Counted from the stretch's first letter, positions 9,867-20,598 are shown. The stretch is DNA of 64,000 bases from Blastocatellia bacterium (GCA_963765495.1 CAVXWP010000008.1:608001-672000), one strand, 5' to 3'. Numbers and translations: made by a program. Notes: generated from the sequence alone by a model not told the origin.

Positions 9867-12125
9867 ATGGTTGATCTAGAAATCTATACGGACAAATTCT
9901 CAGAAAGCGGCCGTCGGCTTATTCGCAAATCCTACGAAGAGGCCAGAGCGAGGGATCACAATCAACTCGCCCCGGAGCACGTGCTCGTAGGGCTGGCCGA
10001 AGTGGAACGTCCATTTTTCAACGAGGTGATGCAAAGCCTCAATCTCGATCCCCAGGTTGTGTTGCAGGCGATTGAGACAAAACTCGGCCAGCGAGATTAT
10101 TTCGGACGCGGCATAAAGATGTCGGAGTCGCTCAGGACTCTGCTGTCAAATTCGCTCAAGCACGCGCACGAACGTGGCCGCAGGTTGATCGAATCAACAG
10201 ACATTTTCGTCGCGCTTTTCAAAGACGTGCACAGCTTCCCAGCCGAACTGCTCAAACGGTTAGGCGCTGACCGGGAGATGGTGATGCAAAAGATTCAGAC
10301 CCGCGTACGCAGCCACGAAGAGAAGGAGGAGCGCTATCGCCGTCGCTATGAGCTTCCGCCTTACCTGAAACACTTCGGAGTCAGCCTCAACAAGCTTGCT
10401 CGTCAAGACAAACTTCCGCCTGTCATCGGTCGAGGCGAAGAGATTCGTCAGATGATCGAAATTCTCTGTCATCGCGAACGCGCAAACTCGCCTATGCTTG
10501 TCGGCGAAGCCGGGGTCGGGAAGACCGCTGTCGTCGAGGGTCTGGCCCGCAAGATCGAGCTTGAGCCTGATTCGATACCTCAACGCCTCCGCAATTCCCA
10601 CGTAGTGCAGTTGCAAATGTCCGGCATCGTCGCAGGCACGATGCTTCGCGGCATGTTTGAAGAGCGTATTCAGGGCATAATAAACGAAGTCAAGGAACGC
10701 GATAATCTCATTCTCTTCATAGACGAAGCCCATACGATAATCGGCGCAGGATCGGCTCTGGGAGCCAGTTCCGATGCCGCCAATATGTTCAAGTCGGCGC
10801 TTGCTCGCGGCGAGATTCGTATAGTCGGCGCGACTACGATGACCGAGTACAAAGAGTATATCGCGGAAGACGAAGCTCTTGCCCGCCGGTTCCGCCTCGT
10901 AAAAGTGGACGAGCCATCCGTTGAAGACACCCGAAAGATTATCGTCGGCGTGCGACCGAGGCTCGAACGCAATTATTCCGTTACTATCTCTGATGAAGCC
11001 ATCGAAACGGCTCTCGAAATGGCCCCTCGTTATGTCAGAAACCTGCATCTGCCCGACAAGGTAATCGGCTGGCTCGACACCGCCGCCGTAAAGGTCGAGA
11101 TCAATCAACCGGAGCTTGGCGAAGTACGGTCCGAGCACATCATCGACGTAATCAGCCAGGAATCTCGCATCCCGCGTGACATGATCTTCCGCGATACAAA
11201 CGACCGCTTCGTCCATATGGAAGAGGCTCTCTCATCACGGGTAGTCGGGCAGAAGGACGCTATCAAGGCGGTGGCCCGGAGGCTCAGACTCAACAAGGGA
11301 CCGCTTAAAGAGAATTTTTATAAGCCCGACGGTGTGCTCTTGTTCTTGGGCCCCACGGGTGTCGGCAAGACCGAACTTGCCAAATCTGTGGCGGAATTTA
11401 TGTTTGGCGATGACGACAAGATGGTTCGCATAGACATGTCCGAATATCAGGACGGGACCATCGCCGTTGAAAAGCTCATCGGCATGCCACGCGGAATAGT
11501 TGGAAGCGAGCGCGGCGGCATCCTCACCGAGCGACTCCGCGATAATCCTTATACTGTGCTGCTGCTCGATGAAATCGAAAAGGCGTCGCCTTACCTGCTC
11601 AACCTCTTCTTGCAGGCGTTTGATGAGGGCTGGATCACGGACGGGCGCGGCAAAAAGGTTTATCTCTCAGACGCGATCATCATAATGACATCGAACCTCG
11701 GATCGGACAGCTTTAAAAAGTATATGAAGCCGCTCGGATTTGGGACCAAAACGCTTGCCGATATAAAGGCCATAAATCGCGAAGTCATCAAAGCGGCCGA
11801 AGACAGGTTCTCGCCTGAGTTCCGCAACCGCATAGACGAAATAGTAGTCTTTTCGCCGCTCACTCAGGATGAAGTCAAGGAGATAGCTGTGATTTATCTG
11901 AGGAAGATCACCCGCCAGATGAAACATAGCGGTAAAAAGATCGTCGTCACCGAAGCCGCTCTCACACACCTCGTAGAGAAGGGCTTCAGCCCGGCTTACG
12001 GCGCTCGCTTCCTCAAGCGCACGATTGACGAGCTTGTCAAAGTGCCGCTTACGACGATGTGGAAAGATGCCGACAACTTCCTGGTCGATTTCCAGAACGA
12101 TGAGCTAAAGATCATCAAAAACTGA
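9867..12125 (+). CDS. ClpA/ClpC-like Hsp100 AAA+ ATPase with divergent pore loops and no M-domain
   Basis: Clp N-domain; Walker A GEAGVGKT and GPTGVGKT; Walker B FIDE and LLDE; ClpP-docking PLGF; sensor-2 GAR. Confidence 0.9.
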   Translation: MVDLEIYTDKFSESGRRLIRKSYEEARARDHNQLAPEHVLVGLAEVERPFFNEVMQSLNLDPQVVLQAIETKLGQRDYFGRGIKMSESLRTLLSNSLKHAHERGRRLIESTDIFVALFKDVHSFPAELLKRLGADREMVMQKIQTRVRSHEEKEERYRRRYELPPYLKHFGVSLNKLARQDKLPPVIGRGEEIRQMIEILCHRERANSPMLVGEAGVGKTAVVEGLARKIELEPDSIPQRLRNSHVVQLQMSGIVAGTMLRGMFEERIQGIINEVKERDNLILFIDEAHTIIGAGSALGASSDAANMFKSALARGEIRIVGATTMTEYKEYIAEDEALARRFRLVKVDEPSVEDTRKIIVGVRPRLERNYSVTISDEAIETALEMAPRYVRNLHLPDKVIGWLDTAAVKVEINQPELGEVRSEHIIDVISQESRIPRDMIFRDTNDRFVHMEEALSSRVVGQKDAIKAVARRLRLNKGPLKENFYKPDGVLLFLGPTGVGKTELAKSVAEFMFGDDDKMVRIDMSEYQDGTIAVEKLIGMPRGIVGSERGGILTERLRDNPYTVLLLDEIEKASPYLLNLFLQAFDEGWITDGRGKKVYLSDAIIIMTSNLGSDSFKKYMKPLGFGTKTLADIKAINREVIKAAEDRFSPEFRNRIDEIVVFSPLTQDEVKEIAVIYLRKITRQMKHSGKKIVVTEAALTHLVEKGFSPAYGARFLKRTIDELVKVPLTTMWKDADNFLVDFQNDELKIIKN

Positions 12126-12155
12126 ATGTATCGGACTCGTTTAATAACGGCCCGG

Positions 12156-12192
12156 GAAAGCGGCGCATATGTTTTTGTGCCGCTTTCTTTTT
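12156..12192 (+). terminator. Rho-independent terminator
   Basis: GAAAGCGGCGCA...TGTGCCGCTTTC stem followed by a T run, just after the Clp ATPase gene. Confidence 0.7.
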
Positions 12193-12231
12193 GACTCGGT
12201 ATCGAGCAAAATCAACATCGGAGGGACGATC

Positions 12232-13017
12232 TTGAGACCACTCAGCTTTGCAATCACATTACTCCTGATCACACTCACCACGCAGGCAGCAGTGCCCGCT
12301 CAAGAGGATAAAGACGACGGGCAGCAGAAGGCGGAAGCGCTGATCCAGAAAGCGATTCGGGCGCGAGGCGGGGATGCTTATCTGACAGTGCGCTCGATCA
12401 TTGGTGAAGGCCAGTACACTCCCTATCAAAAAGGCGTCTCAACACTCCCTCAGAGTTTTACGGATTATATAGTTTATCCGAGTACCGAGCGTACGGATTT
12501 CGGCAAAGGCAAGCAGAAATATATTCAGACCAATCGCGGAAATGAAGGATGGATTTACGACGGGCAGCAGAAGGCTATCCGAGAACAGACCGAAGATCAG
12601 GTCAAGAACTTCCAGCATGGTATGCGCCACGACCTGGATAATCTGCTGAGACGCGAGTGGAAAGAGCCGGGCGCAAAACTCGTCTACATCGGTCGCCGCG
12701 AAGTCTGGCACAACACGTTTTCTGAGGCCATTCGTTTAGAGTTTGCCGAAGGCGAATCGGTGACTCTTCATTTCGATACCCGCGAAGACCTGCCCTTGAT
12801 GATCGAGTTTAAAACCGTAGGCGAGGAAGGAACTACAAACGACCAGATAAGGTACTACAGATGGATAGACTATAACGGAGTCAGGTTCCCAACCATTCAA
12901 GACACATACCGCGAGGGGCAGCAATCGAGTCGAGTCAATTACGAATCGGTGAAAGTCAACCCGAGCCTGCCCGATAAATTGTTTGATAAGCCCGCCGATA
13001 TAAAAGAAGTGAAATAG
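12232..13017 (+). CDS. Exported protein, probably LolA-like beta-sheet fold
   Basis: TTG start after GGAGG; signal peptide; AIRARGG and C-terminal VKVNPSLPDKLFDKP typical of LolA-like proteins. Confidence 0.6.
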   Translation: MRPLSFAITLLLITLTTQAAVPAQEDKDDGQQKAEALIQKAIRARGGDAYLTVRSIIGEGQYTPYQKGVSTLPQSFTDYIVYPSTERTDFGKGKQKYIQTNRGNEGWIYDGQQKAIREQTEDQVKNFQHGMRHDLDNLLRREWKEPGAKLVYIGRREVWHNTFSEAIRLEFAEGESVTLHFDTREDLPLMIEFKTVGEEGTTNDQIRYYRWIDYNGVRFPTIQDTYREGQQSSRVNYESVKVNPSLPDKLFDKPADIKEVK

Positions 13018-13025
13018 CAATAAAG

Positions 13026-13145
13026 CGTGATCCGTGATCCGTGATATTTATGGGATCTGCCTGTCAATGACAAATTGCAAGTCAGGTGAATCACGAATCA
13101 CGAATCACGCTTCACGAATTACGTATCACTCTTCACGCATCACGC
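13026..13145. repeat. Inverted pair of 7-bp arrays (CGTGATC)n / (ATCACGA)n
   Basis: Arrays at 13026-13045 and 13090-13145; the right array includes the fbaB stop codon (13140-13142). Confidence 0.85.
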
Positions 13146-14192
13146 CACGGTCACTTCCTTAGCCAGATAGACATCCTGTATAGCGTTTAGAATCTCTACG
13201 CCGTCGGCCATCGGTTTCTGGAAGGCTTTTCGGCCTGAAATCAACCCCGTGCCGCCCGCGCGTTTGTTTATGACCGCTGTCCTCACTGCCTGTTGAATAT
13301 CGTTTTCGCCCGATGCGCCTCCAGAGTTTATCAAACCGGCTCGCCCCATATAACAGTTAGCCACCTGATAGCGAGTCAGATCAATTGGATGATCGGTTGT
13401 CAGTTCGGAATAGACCTTCTTGTGAGTCTTGCCGAATTTCAGCGCGTTGTATCCGCCGTTATTCTCCGGCAGTTTCTGCTTTATTATGTCAGCCTCAAGC
13501 GTGACCCCAAGATGATTCGCCTGTCCCGTGAGGTCGGCAGCAGCGTGGTAATCCGCCTCTTTCGTTTTGAAATCGGAATTGCGCAGATAGCACCACAGCA
13601 CGGTAAACATCCCCAGTTCGTGCGCCGCCGCAAATACCTGGCTGATCTCCTGAATCTGCCGCTTAGAGCCCTCCGAACCGAAATAAACGGTAGCTCCTAC
13701 TCCTACGCAGCCCTGCTCGAATGCCTGCTCTATCGAGGCGAAAAGTATTTGATCGTAGGAGTTTGGGTAGGAAAGAAATTCGTTGTGATTGATCTTGAGA
13801 ATAAACGGTATCTTGTGCGCATACTTGCGAGCGACGGAGCCGAGTACGCCCAGTGTCGAGGCCACCGCGTTACAGCCTCCTTCAATAGCCAGACGCGCGA
13901 TGTTTTCCGGGTCGAAATACTCGGGATTTGGGGCAAATGAAGCCCCTGCCGAATGCTCTATGCCCTGGTCTACCGGGAGAATCGATACGTAACCTGTACC
14001 GGAGAGCCGTCCGTGATTGAAGAGCGCCGAGAGATTCCTGAGCACTGTGGGCGAGCGATCCGTAGCGACCCAGACGCGGTCAATAAAATCCGGCCCCGGC
14101 AGGTGCAGCGATTCTTTTGCGATTGTCCGGCTCTGATAGGTGAGCAACGCTTCGGCCTCGTCGCCAAGTATCTCTTCTATTTTCCTGATCAT
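13140..14192 (-). CDS. fbaB: Class I fructose-bisphosphate aldolase (DhnA/FbaB)
   Basis: [21 protein letters not shown], Schiff-base region ADIIKQKLP and [10 protein letters not shown]. Confidence 0.95.
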   Translation of the reverse strand: MIRKIEEILGDEAEALLTYQSRTIAKESLHLPGPDFIDRVWVATDRSPTVLRNLSALFNHGRLSGTGYVSILPVDQGIEHSAGASFAPNPEYFDPENIARLAIEGGCNAVASTLGVLGSVARKYAHKIPFILKINHNEFLSYPNSYDQILFASIEQAFEQGCVGVGATVYFGSEGSKRQIQEISQVFAAAHELGMFTVLWCYLRNSDFKTKEADYHAAADLTGQANHLGVTLEADIIKQKLPENNGGYNALKFGKTHKKVYSELTTDHPIDLTRYQVANCYMGRAGLINSGGASGENDIQQAVRTAVINKRAGGTGLISGRKAFQKPMADGVEILNAIQDVYLAKEVTVA

Positions 14193-14396
14193 TTATTCCT
14201 CCTGTGAATTTATTGCGGGTTTAAATAGCATTTATGTCAGCCTCTAATTCTATTCATCGCAAATTGGTTGGTCAACTTCAACGAAAGTTGAAATTGATTC
14301 TGCTCGTCAACCGGATGTGCTATACTGACAGCCCTGCCAGGCTACTGGTCAATACTTCGGTTGGAATTTTCTGAAACCTCAAGGAGGGCATAAGAG

Positions 14397-15467
14397 ATGG
14401 CGCAAAAGATGGAGCCTAAGAAAGTGCGAATGACTCGCGGCAAGTTTAATGGAATCCAGGCTGTTGCCGATGAAAACGGCGTTATTTCCGCTGCGGCGAT
14501 GGATCAACGCGGCTCGCTGAAAAAGGCGATAGCAAAGGCAAAAGGCAGCGACGCGTCAGACGCGGAACTCACGGAATTTAAGGTGATAGGGACACGCGAG
14601 TTGACACCTTATGCCTCGGCGATCCTGATGGACCCGGAGTATGGACTCGACGCGGTCAAGGCGAAAGCTCCAAACGCAGGCGTGTTGCTGGCCTATGAAA
14701 AGACCGGCTATGACGCCAATACTCGAGGTCGGCTGCCCGACCTTCTGCCAAACTGGTCGGTGGCTCGCCTGATCGCGGCGGGCGCAGACGCCATAAAGAT
14801 TTTGCTTTACTACAACCCGGACGACCCCGCCGAAATCAACGACATAAAGCATGCCTTTATCGAGAGGATCGGGGCCGAATGCCTCGCCTATGACGTGCCA
14901 TTCTTTCTCGAACCGATCTGCTACAGCGAAGAGATTCCCGACGATAAGAGTCTCGAATTTGCGCGCATAAAACCCGATCTTGTGATCCGCTACATGACGG
15001 AATTTTCCAAGCCTCAATATGGTGTGGATATCCTCAAGGTAGAAGTCCCGATCAACATCAAGTATGTCGAAGATACTCCGGCTTTTTCCGGCACTGCCGC
15101 TTACACGCGTGAAGAGGCGAAGGAACTGTTTCGCAAGGCCGAGGCGGTCGCGGGCAAGCCTTTTATCTATCTTTCGGCGGGCGTGACCGATGATATTTTC
15201 CGCGCGACTCTCGAGCTTGCGGCGGAAGCGGGCGTAGGCTTTTCAGGCGTGCTTTGCGGGCGCGCTACGTGGCAGGATGGAGTGCCCGTCTACGGTGCTC
15301 AAGGTCCGGCGGCCTTTGAAGAGTGGCTCAGGGATAGAGGCAGAAAGAATGTCGAGGCGCTAAACGAAGTCCTCGCAAAGGGCGCAAAACCCTGGTACGA
15401 ATTCTATGGCGGACTGGAAAATATAGAGATTATTGACGGGCCGGAACCGCTTACGCCGCGCGGGTGA
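14397..15467 (+). CDS. lacD: Tagatose-1,6-bisphosphate aldolase family (LacD-like class I aldolase)
   Basis: AMDQRGSL, LLAYEKTGYD, DILKVEVP, YLSAGV and GVLCGRATW. Confidence 0.85.
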   Translation: MAQKMEPKKVRMTRGKFNGIQAVADENGVISAAAMDQRGSLKKAIAKAKGSDASDAELTEFKVIGTRELTPYASAILMDPEYGLDAVKAKAPNAGVLLAYEKTGYDANTRGRLPDLLPNWSVARLIAAGADAIKILLYYNPDDPAEINDIKHAFIERIGAECLAYDVPFFLEPICYSEEIPDDKSLEFARIKPDLVIRYMTEFSKPQYGVDILKVEVPINIKYVEDTPAFSGTAAYTREEAKELFRKAEAVAGKPFIYLSAGVTDDIFRATLELAAEAGVGFSGVLCGRATWQDGVPVYGAQGPAAFEEWLRDRGRKNVEALNEVLAKGAKPWYEFYGGLENIEIIDGPEPLTPRG

Positions 15468-15483
15468 CTCCGCTTAAGACCTT

Positions 15484-15519
15484 AAAAATAAGGGCGCGGT
15501 CATATCGAGCCGCGCCCTT
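15484..15519. terminator. Terminator hairpin between convergent lacD and PBP genes
   Basis: AAGGGCGCGG / CCGCGCCCTT stem with an A run on the left (a T run on the minus strand). Confidence 0.7.
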
Positions 15520-15645
15520 GTAATGAGGATCCGTGATTCCATTCAATATGTACAGAGAACTCTTTAGCCTTAAAAGTACATTCCTTCCCACCCATTCACA
15601 TCAATTCTCAAATGTCTGATTTAAAATCTGAGATTTCAGATACTT

Positions 15646-18234
15646 TCAGGGCTTGTGGTAGATGTTGTCTATCTTTTTGCGGCCCTCTTCGATGCCTTTT
15701 TCAGCTTCGCGGTGTGGCTTCTTCCGGCCCTCATCGACGCCGTTTTCAATTTCGTGAGGGGCCTTCTTAGGTTTGTCGCGAGGGTCATCAGGCTGCCCTT
15801 CCGGCCATTGATCATCGGGCAGTGGAGGAGTGAGCGGGGGCTCTTCCCCGCTATGTTCGTGACACGGGGTTTCGGGTTGAGTCCCCTGTATGAAATATTC
15901 TGTTCGACGCGCGGGGCAGGATTCCGTGGCAAGCTCACCTGTGGTCGGGTCTATATCTTCGCTCACGATGTTGTCTGGTTTCGGGAAACTATCACCGCCG
16001 AGATCGGGCCTCAAGGCCAGCGCGTCCTTCATAAAGGCCGTCCAGATTGGCAGGGCAGATTTGGCACCCTCAAGCCCAAGCTCGGTGTTGTCGTCAAACC
16101 CCACCCAGACGACGCAAACCAGATTCGGAGTATACCCGGCAAACCACCCGTCGCGCGAAGTCCCGGTCTTGCCCGCGGCTGTTGCGTTGAACCCCATCGC
16201 TCTGGCGCGCGCAGCCGTGCCCTTGTTCAGGACATCCTGCATTATATTGGTCATGAGCCAGCTTATTTCCGGCCTCAGTACGGAGCGTGAATCGGGCCGT
16301 GGTTCAGTGATGCTCACACCGTCAGAATTTGTCACCCGTTTGATCGCGGAGGGCTCGGAGAGATTCCCCCCGTTTGCAAACGCCGTGTAAGCCGAAGCAA
16401 CCTCGATCGGTGTGGCCTCGGCTGTTCCAAGCGCGAGGGCGGGAAAGGCTTGAGTTCGCGGAAGGCCAAGCTTCTCCGCCATCCGCGCTATCTTTGAGTA
16501 ACCGACCTTTTCAGCTATGCGAACCGTCACTACGTTGAGCGAATGCACAAGCGCGTCGCGCAGCGTGACATCCCGGTTTGAATAGACTTTACCGTAATTA
16601 TCCGGGGCGTATGTCTGACCGCGACCATAATAAAAAGTCTCCGGCGCATCCATAAAGACCGAGGCCGGCGTGATGACATCTTCACTTGAATTGGCTTCAA
16701 ATCCTGTGTTGAGAGCCGTCGCATAGACTATGGACTTAAAGACCGAGCCGGGCTGACGGTTTGCGTCCACGGCGCGATTCAACTGGCTCAGACTATAATC
16801 ACGGCCTCCCACCATAGCCACTATCTCGCCCGTTTTTGCGTTGAGCGCCACGAGCGCGGCCTGAAGAGTCCCCGGGGGAAGCGGGTCTTTCTTACGCTTT
16901 GCGAAAATTTTATCAAGATCGGCAAGAGTTTGAGTTACAGCCTTATCAGCCACACGCTGCAAGTCCATATCAATCGTCGTGTAGACGCGGTATGACTGGC
17001 GCGAAAGGTCCCGCGACGCGAGATCGGAGGTCATCTGCTGCTGCAAATAGTCTACGAAATACGGTGCATCTCCGTTTAGCGCGCTACGTCTCGGCTGAAT
17101 CTTCAGTTCCGTGGCCTTCGCCCGTTCGGCGTCGGCAGGCGTGATGTACCCGGCCTCGGCCATCGAGTCCAACACCTGATTGCGGCGCGCTCTGGCTCTC
17201 TGTAGATCTCTGTACGGCGAATAAAGGCTTGGCCCGCGAATCATCCCCGCAAGAAATGCCGATTCCTGTAGATTCAAATTCACCACATCTTTGTTGAAAT
17301 AGATCGAAGAGGCTTCACCCACCCCGTTTATCGAGTAATCGCCCGACTGCCCCATGTAAACTTCATTCGAGTAGAGTTGAAAGATCTCTTCTTTCGAGAG
17401 CTTGGTTTCAAGCACAAGGGCGATCATCATCTCCTGCAATTTGCGCTTGTAGGTTCGCTCAGGCGTCAGGAAGAAGTTCTTCACCAGTTGTTGAGTGATC
17501 GAGGAGCCGCCCTGCTGAATCTCGTTCTCTTCGACATTGCGCCAGAGGGCGCGAGCTATCCCACGATAATTTATCCCCGAATGCTCGTAAAATTGCCGAT
17601 CTTCAATAGCAACCACGCCGTTGACGAAATCTTTTGGCAGGTCTTTGAATGATACGAGCTTTTGCTTCTGGTGTTTGTCGCTCGAAATCGAAGTGAGCAT
17701 CTCGGGTTCAAGCAGCGTGCTGTCGAGATTGCGTTTTGTATCGAGATCGGTGATCTTCGTTATCCCGCCCTTTGGTCCAAAGGCCACGGTGATATTCGGA
17801 AATTGCCGGGCGCCGTTTATAACCGCTTCGCTGCTTGAATGAATATCAATCGTGTTGCCGTCTATCTCATAGCGTCCGCGCTTCGAATCGGCATCCTTCG
17901 TTGAAGAGACATAGCCTATGCCGTCGAGGTAGCTCTTGAGCGAGGCGAGCGTCATCCCCTGTTTGACACTGATCGTGCGAGGCGCGGCAAAGATGCCCGT
18001 CGTCCGCACGATTACGTCGCCGCGCAGCCGGGCATCTATCATCCTCGAATACTTGAAGTAAAAAAATGAGAAGATGGAAACGAAGATCAGCGCCAGAATC
18101 CCCAGTATGGCCAGCTTCATAGGAGAGAAGATGCGCCGGAGAAGGCTCGGGCGTTCTTCCCTTCTGATGACCTGTGTCTTGGGTTTTCTGGTAGCGGTCG
18201 CCAAAGCTCTAAAAACACTTCCCTTTCCAATCAA
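15646..18234 (-). CDS. mrcB: Class A penicillin-binding protein (PBP1b-like: TM, UB2H-like, GT51 and transpeptidase domains)
   Basis: GT motifs AIEDRQFYEHSG, QGGSSITQQL and RKLQE; TP motifs SVFK, SLN and KTGT; start codon uncertain. Confidence 0.88.
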   Translation of the reverse strand: MIGKGSVFRALATATRKPKTQVIRREERPSLLRRIFSPMKLAILGILALIFVSIFSFFYFKYSRMIDARLRGDVIVRTTGIFAAPRTISVKQGMTLASLKSYLDGIGYVSSTKDADSKRGRYEIDGNTIDIHSSSEAVINGARQFPNITVAFGPKGGITKITDLDTKRNLDSTLLEPEMLTSISSDKHQKQKLVSFKDLPKDFVNGVVAIEDRQFYEHSGINYRGIARALWRNVEENEIQQGGSSITQQLVKNFFLTPERTYKRKLQEMMIALVLETKLSKEEIFQLYSNEVYMGQSGDYSINGVGEASSIYFNKDVVNLNLQESAFLAGMIRGPSLYSPYRDLQRARARRNQVLDSMAEAGYITPADAERAKATELKIQPRRSALNGDAPYFVDYLQQQMTSDLASRDLSRQSYRVYTTIDMDLQRVADKAVTQTLADLDKIFAKRKKDPLPPGTLQAALVALNAKTGEIVAMVGGRDYSLSQLNRAVDANRQPGSVFKSIVYATALNTGFEANSSEDVITPASVFMDAPETFYYGRGQTYAPDNYGKVYSNRDVTLRDALVHSLNVVTVRIAEKVGYSKIARMAEKLGLPRTQAFPALALGTAEATPIEVASAYTAFANGGNLSEPSAIKRVTNSDGVSITEPRPDSRSVLRPEISWLMTNIMQDVLNKGTAARARAMGFNATAAGKTGTSRDGWFAGYTPNLVCVVWVGFDDNTELGLEGAKSALPIWTAFMKDALALRPDLGGDSFPKPDNIVSEDIDPTTGELATESCPARRTEYFIQGTQPETPCHEHSGEEPPLTPPLPDDQWPEGQPDDPRDKPKKAPHEIENGVDEGRKKPHREAEKGIEEGRKKIDNIYHKP

Positions 18235-18374
18235 TTCGAGCGGTTAGATTCCCGCCGGCTCGATTTGGTTTGTTTGAACTCAAATCGCGCGCCTGATTGC
18301 GTTGGGAGCCAATAAAGACTCTATCACTCAGAAAGGGGCTAAAACAAGAAGGGCTATTGAATCAGGGTTGGCCG

Positions 18375-19565
18375 TCAGGAGGCAATCGACTTAAGCCTTT
18401 GCAGGCGCTCTTCGGCGGCCGTAAGAGTCTCATCCTTTTTGCAAAAAGTGAATCGCACCTGTGAGCGACCCAGATGCGGCTCGTGATAGAAACTGCTCCC
18501 CGGAACGACCGCCACCCCGATTTCCTTTACAAGAAAATGAGCGAATTTCACATCATCATCGTAACCAAAAACGCTGATGTCGGTCATAATATAGTAAGCG
18601 CCGTCTGGATCGAAACACTTGAACCCGACATCTTTCAACACAGAAAGCAAACGCGAGCGGCGAATAGAATAATCGGATTGGAGCTTTTCATAATAAGTCC
18701 GGGGCAGGCGAAGCGCGTGCGCGCCCGCTTCCTGCAACGGGGCCGCCGCGCCTACGGTCAGAAAATCATGCACCTTGCGAATGGCCTGCGTAATTTCAGG
18801 CGGCGCGATGGTATAGCCGACTCTCCAGCCGGTGACGCTGTAAGTCTTCGACAGACCATTAATCGTTATGGTTCGGTCGCGCATGCCGTCGAGCGTCGCA
18901 ATAGCCAGATGTTTCTTGTCGTTGAAGAGTATGTGTTCGTAAATCTCGTCGGTGATCGCGATGACGTTCCACTCCTGGCAGAGCGAGGCAATGTATTCAA
19001 GCTCTTCGCGGGAAAACACCTTCCCGGTAGGATTATTAGGCGTATTGATGATGATCGCCTTTGTGTTGTCATTAAAGGCGGAGCGAAGCTCATCGGGGTC
19101 GTATGACCAGTCGGGCGCGCTGAGAGTGACATAACGCGGAATTGCGCCTGAGAGAATCGCGTCGGGGCCGTAGTTCTCATAAAACGGTTCGAAGACCACA
19201 ACCTCATCGCCGGGATTTACGATTGCCATCAGCGCCGCGATCATGGCTTCGGTCGACCCGCATGTGACCGTCAGTTCGCGTTCGGGATCGACCTCAAGGC
19301 CGAGATACCACGAGCTTTTTTCGGCGATGGCATCACGGAAATTCTTTGCTCCCCATGTGATTGCGTACTGATTTATGTCGGCTTGAATGGCATCACAGGC
19401 GGCGAGTTTGATACTTTCGGGGGCTGAAAAATCCGGGAAGCCCTGCGACAGATTCACAGCCTCGTAGAGGTGGGCCTGACGCGTCATATCTCGAATGACC
19501 GATTCCGTAAATTGCTCTGCTTTTTGCGAGATAATCCTTTTTGGCATTTGTGGCCTCTGAGACAA
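18375..19565 (-). CDS. PLP-dependent class I/II aminotransferase
   Basis: NLSQGFPD, NTPNNPTG, DEIYE and the PLP-lysine motif SKTYSVTGWRVG. Confidence 0.92.
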   Translation of the reverse strand: MSQRPQMPKRIISQKAEQFTESVIRDMTRQAHLYEAVNLSQGFPDFSAPESIKLAACDAIQADINQYAITWGAKNFRDAIAEKSSWYLGLEVDPERELTVTCGSTEAMIAALMAIVNPGDEVVVFEPFYENYGPDAILSGAIPRYVTLSAPDWSYDPDELRSAFNDNTKAIIINTPNNPTGKVFSREELEYIASLCQEWNVIAITDEIYEHILFNDKKHLAIATLDGMRDRTITINGLSKTYSVTGWRVGYTIAPPEITQAIRKVHDFLTVGAAAPLQEAGAHALRLPRTYYEKLQSDYSIRRSRLLSVLKDVGFKCFDPDGAYYIMTDISVFGYDDDVKFAHFLVKEIGVAVVPGSSFYHEPHLGRSQVRFTFCKKDETLTAAEERLQRLKSIAS

Positions 19566-19638
19566 GAAAGATTAGACAGGATTTACAGGATACACAAGCC
19601 GGATTTTCAAGTATTCAGAGATCGCGATCAAAACCGTA

Positions 19639-20583
19639 TCATCGCTCGTCTATCTCCTGTTGCAATATCTGAATTATCGACTCAGCCGCCGAGGCCAGCT
19701 CGCCTTCCGGGTCGAGCCTGATGTAATTGCGATATGCCTCAATGGCCTCTTTGTTTCTCTTTTCACCTTCGAGAATCTCGGCCAACTGATAATAAAGGAT
19801 TGGCTCGGTATCCATATCCTGAATCAGACCCGCGCGATAATGCCTGACGGCAAGGTCCACTTCTCCGGCTTCCTTATAGGCGATGCCTATACCGATATTC
19901 GCCTCGAAGGAATCATTTCGCGCCAGTTGGAGCGCCTTTTTGTATTCGGCTATTGCTTCATCATAAAGCCCCTGAGAACGCCGCAGATTGGCAAGAATAG
20001 TATGAGCTTCGGGCGAAGGCCGAGGCATCTCTTTCATCGCCGCTTTGATCTGCTTTTCAGCTTCCTCAAAATCCTGAATCGTTGTCAGGCTTCGCGTCAT
20101 GGCTAAACGAACAACGGGAAAGGCCGATCTTATCGCGAGCGCCTGTCGGTATTCCTCAAGCGCGTCTTTGTTCTGTCCCTTATCGCGCAAGGCATCGCCC
20201 CTTTGATAATGCAGAATCGCTTCATCACTCTCCGGCTTCTGTGTAACATTTAGCGCACTGGTCTTCCCTGCCGCAATGACTATTCGGCCCTGCCAGTCCA
20301 CAAATCCGACCGTACGAACCCTGACAGGATAAGCTCCGGCCTTGACTCGCGGGAGGTTAAGTTCTCCGGCGTCGTTTGTAACTCCGTGCCTCACGTTGTT
20401 TATAAAGACTACCGAGCCGGGATGGCTCGTAGTGATCTTGACGGCCCCCGTGGCTGAGGAAGCCGCCCGCTTTTGCGCCATCCCTTCAACAAAGACGCAA
20501 AACAAAAAGGCGGTAACGGATAGACTGATGGCCGATGCGCAGAGTTTAGAAACGCTGTATCGCTTTGTCAGATTCATGTCCAT
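19639..20583 (-). CDS. Exported PEGA-domain plus TPR protein
   Basis: Signal peptide, PEGA-like segment (PGSVVFINN..HGVT, AGAYPVRV) and C-terminal TPRs. Confidence 0.75.
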   Translation of the reverse strand: MDMNLTKRYSVSKLCASAISLSVTAFLFCVFVEGMAQKRAASSATGAVKITTSHPGSVVFINNVRHGVTNDAGELNLPRVKAGAYPVRVRTVGFVDWQGRIVIAAGKTSALNVTQKPESDEAILHYQRGDALRDKGQNKDALEEYRQALAIRSAFPVVRLAMTRSLTTIQDFEEAEKQIKAAMKEMPRPSPEAHTILANLRRSQGLYDEAIAEYKKALQLARNDSFEANIGIGIAYKEAGEVDLAVRHYRAGLIQDMDTEPILYYQLAEILEGEKRNKEAIEAYRNYIRLDPEGELASAAESIIQILQQEIDER

Positions 20584-20598
20584 AAGACTAACACCCTG

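Noticed and set aside
10260-11216. 318-aa antisense ORF inside the Clp ATPase (also 61392-62135 in clpC, 33615-34625 in the cytochrome and 51764-52300 in gdh)
   Set aside because: Shadow ORFs opposite well-supported genes, expected from codon bias; no independent motifs.
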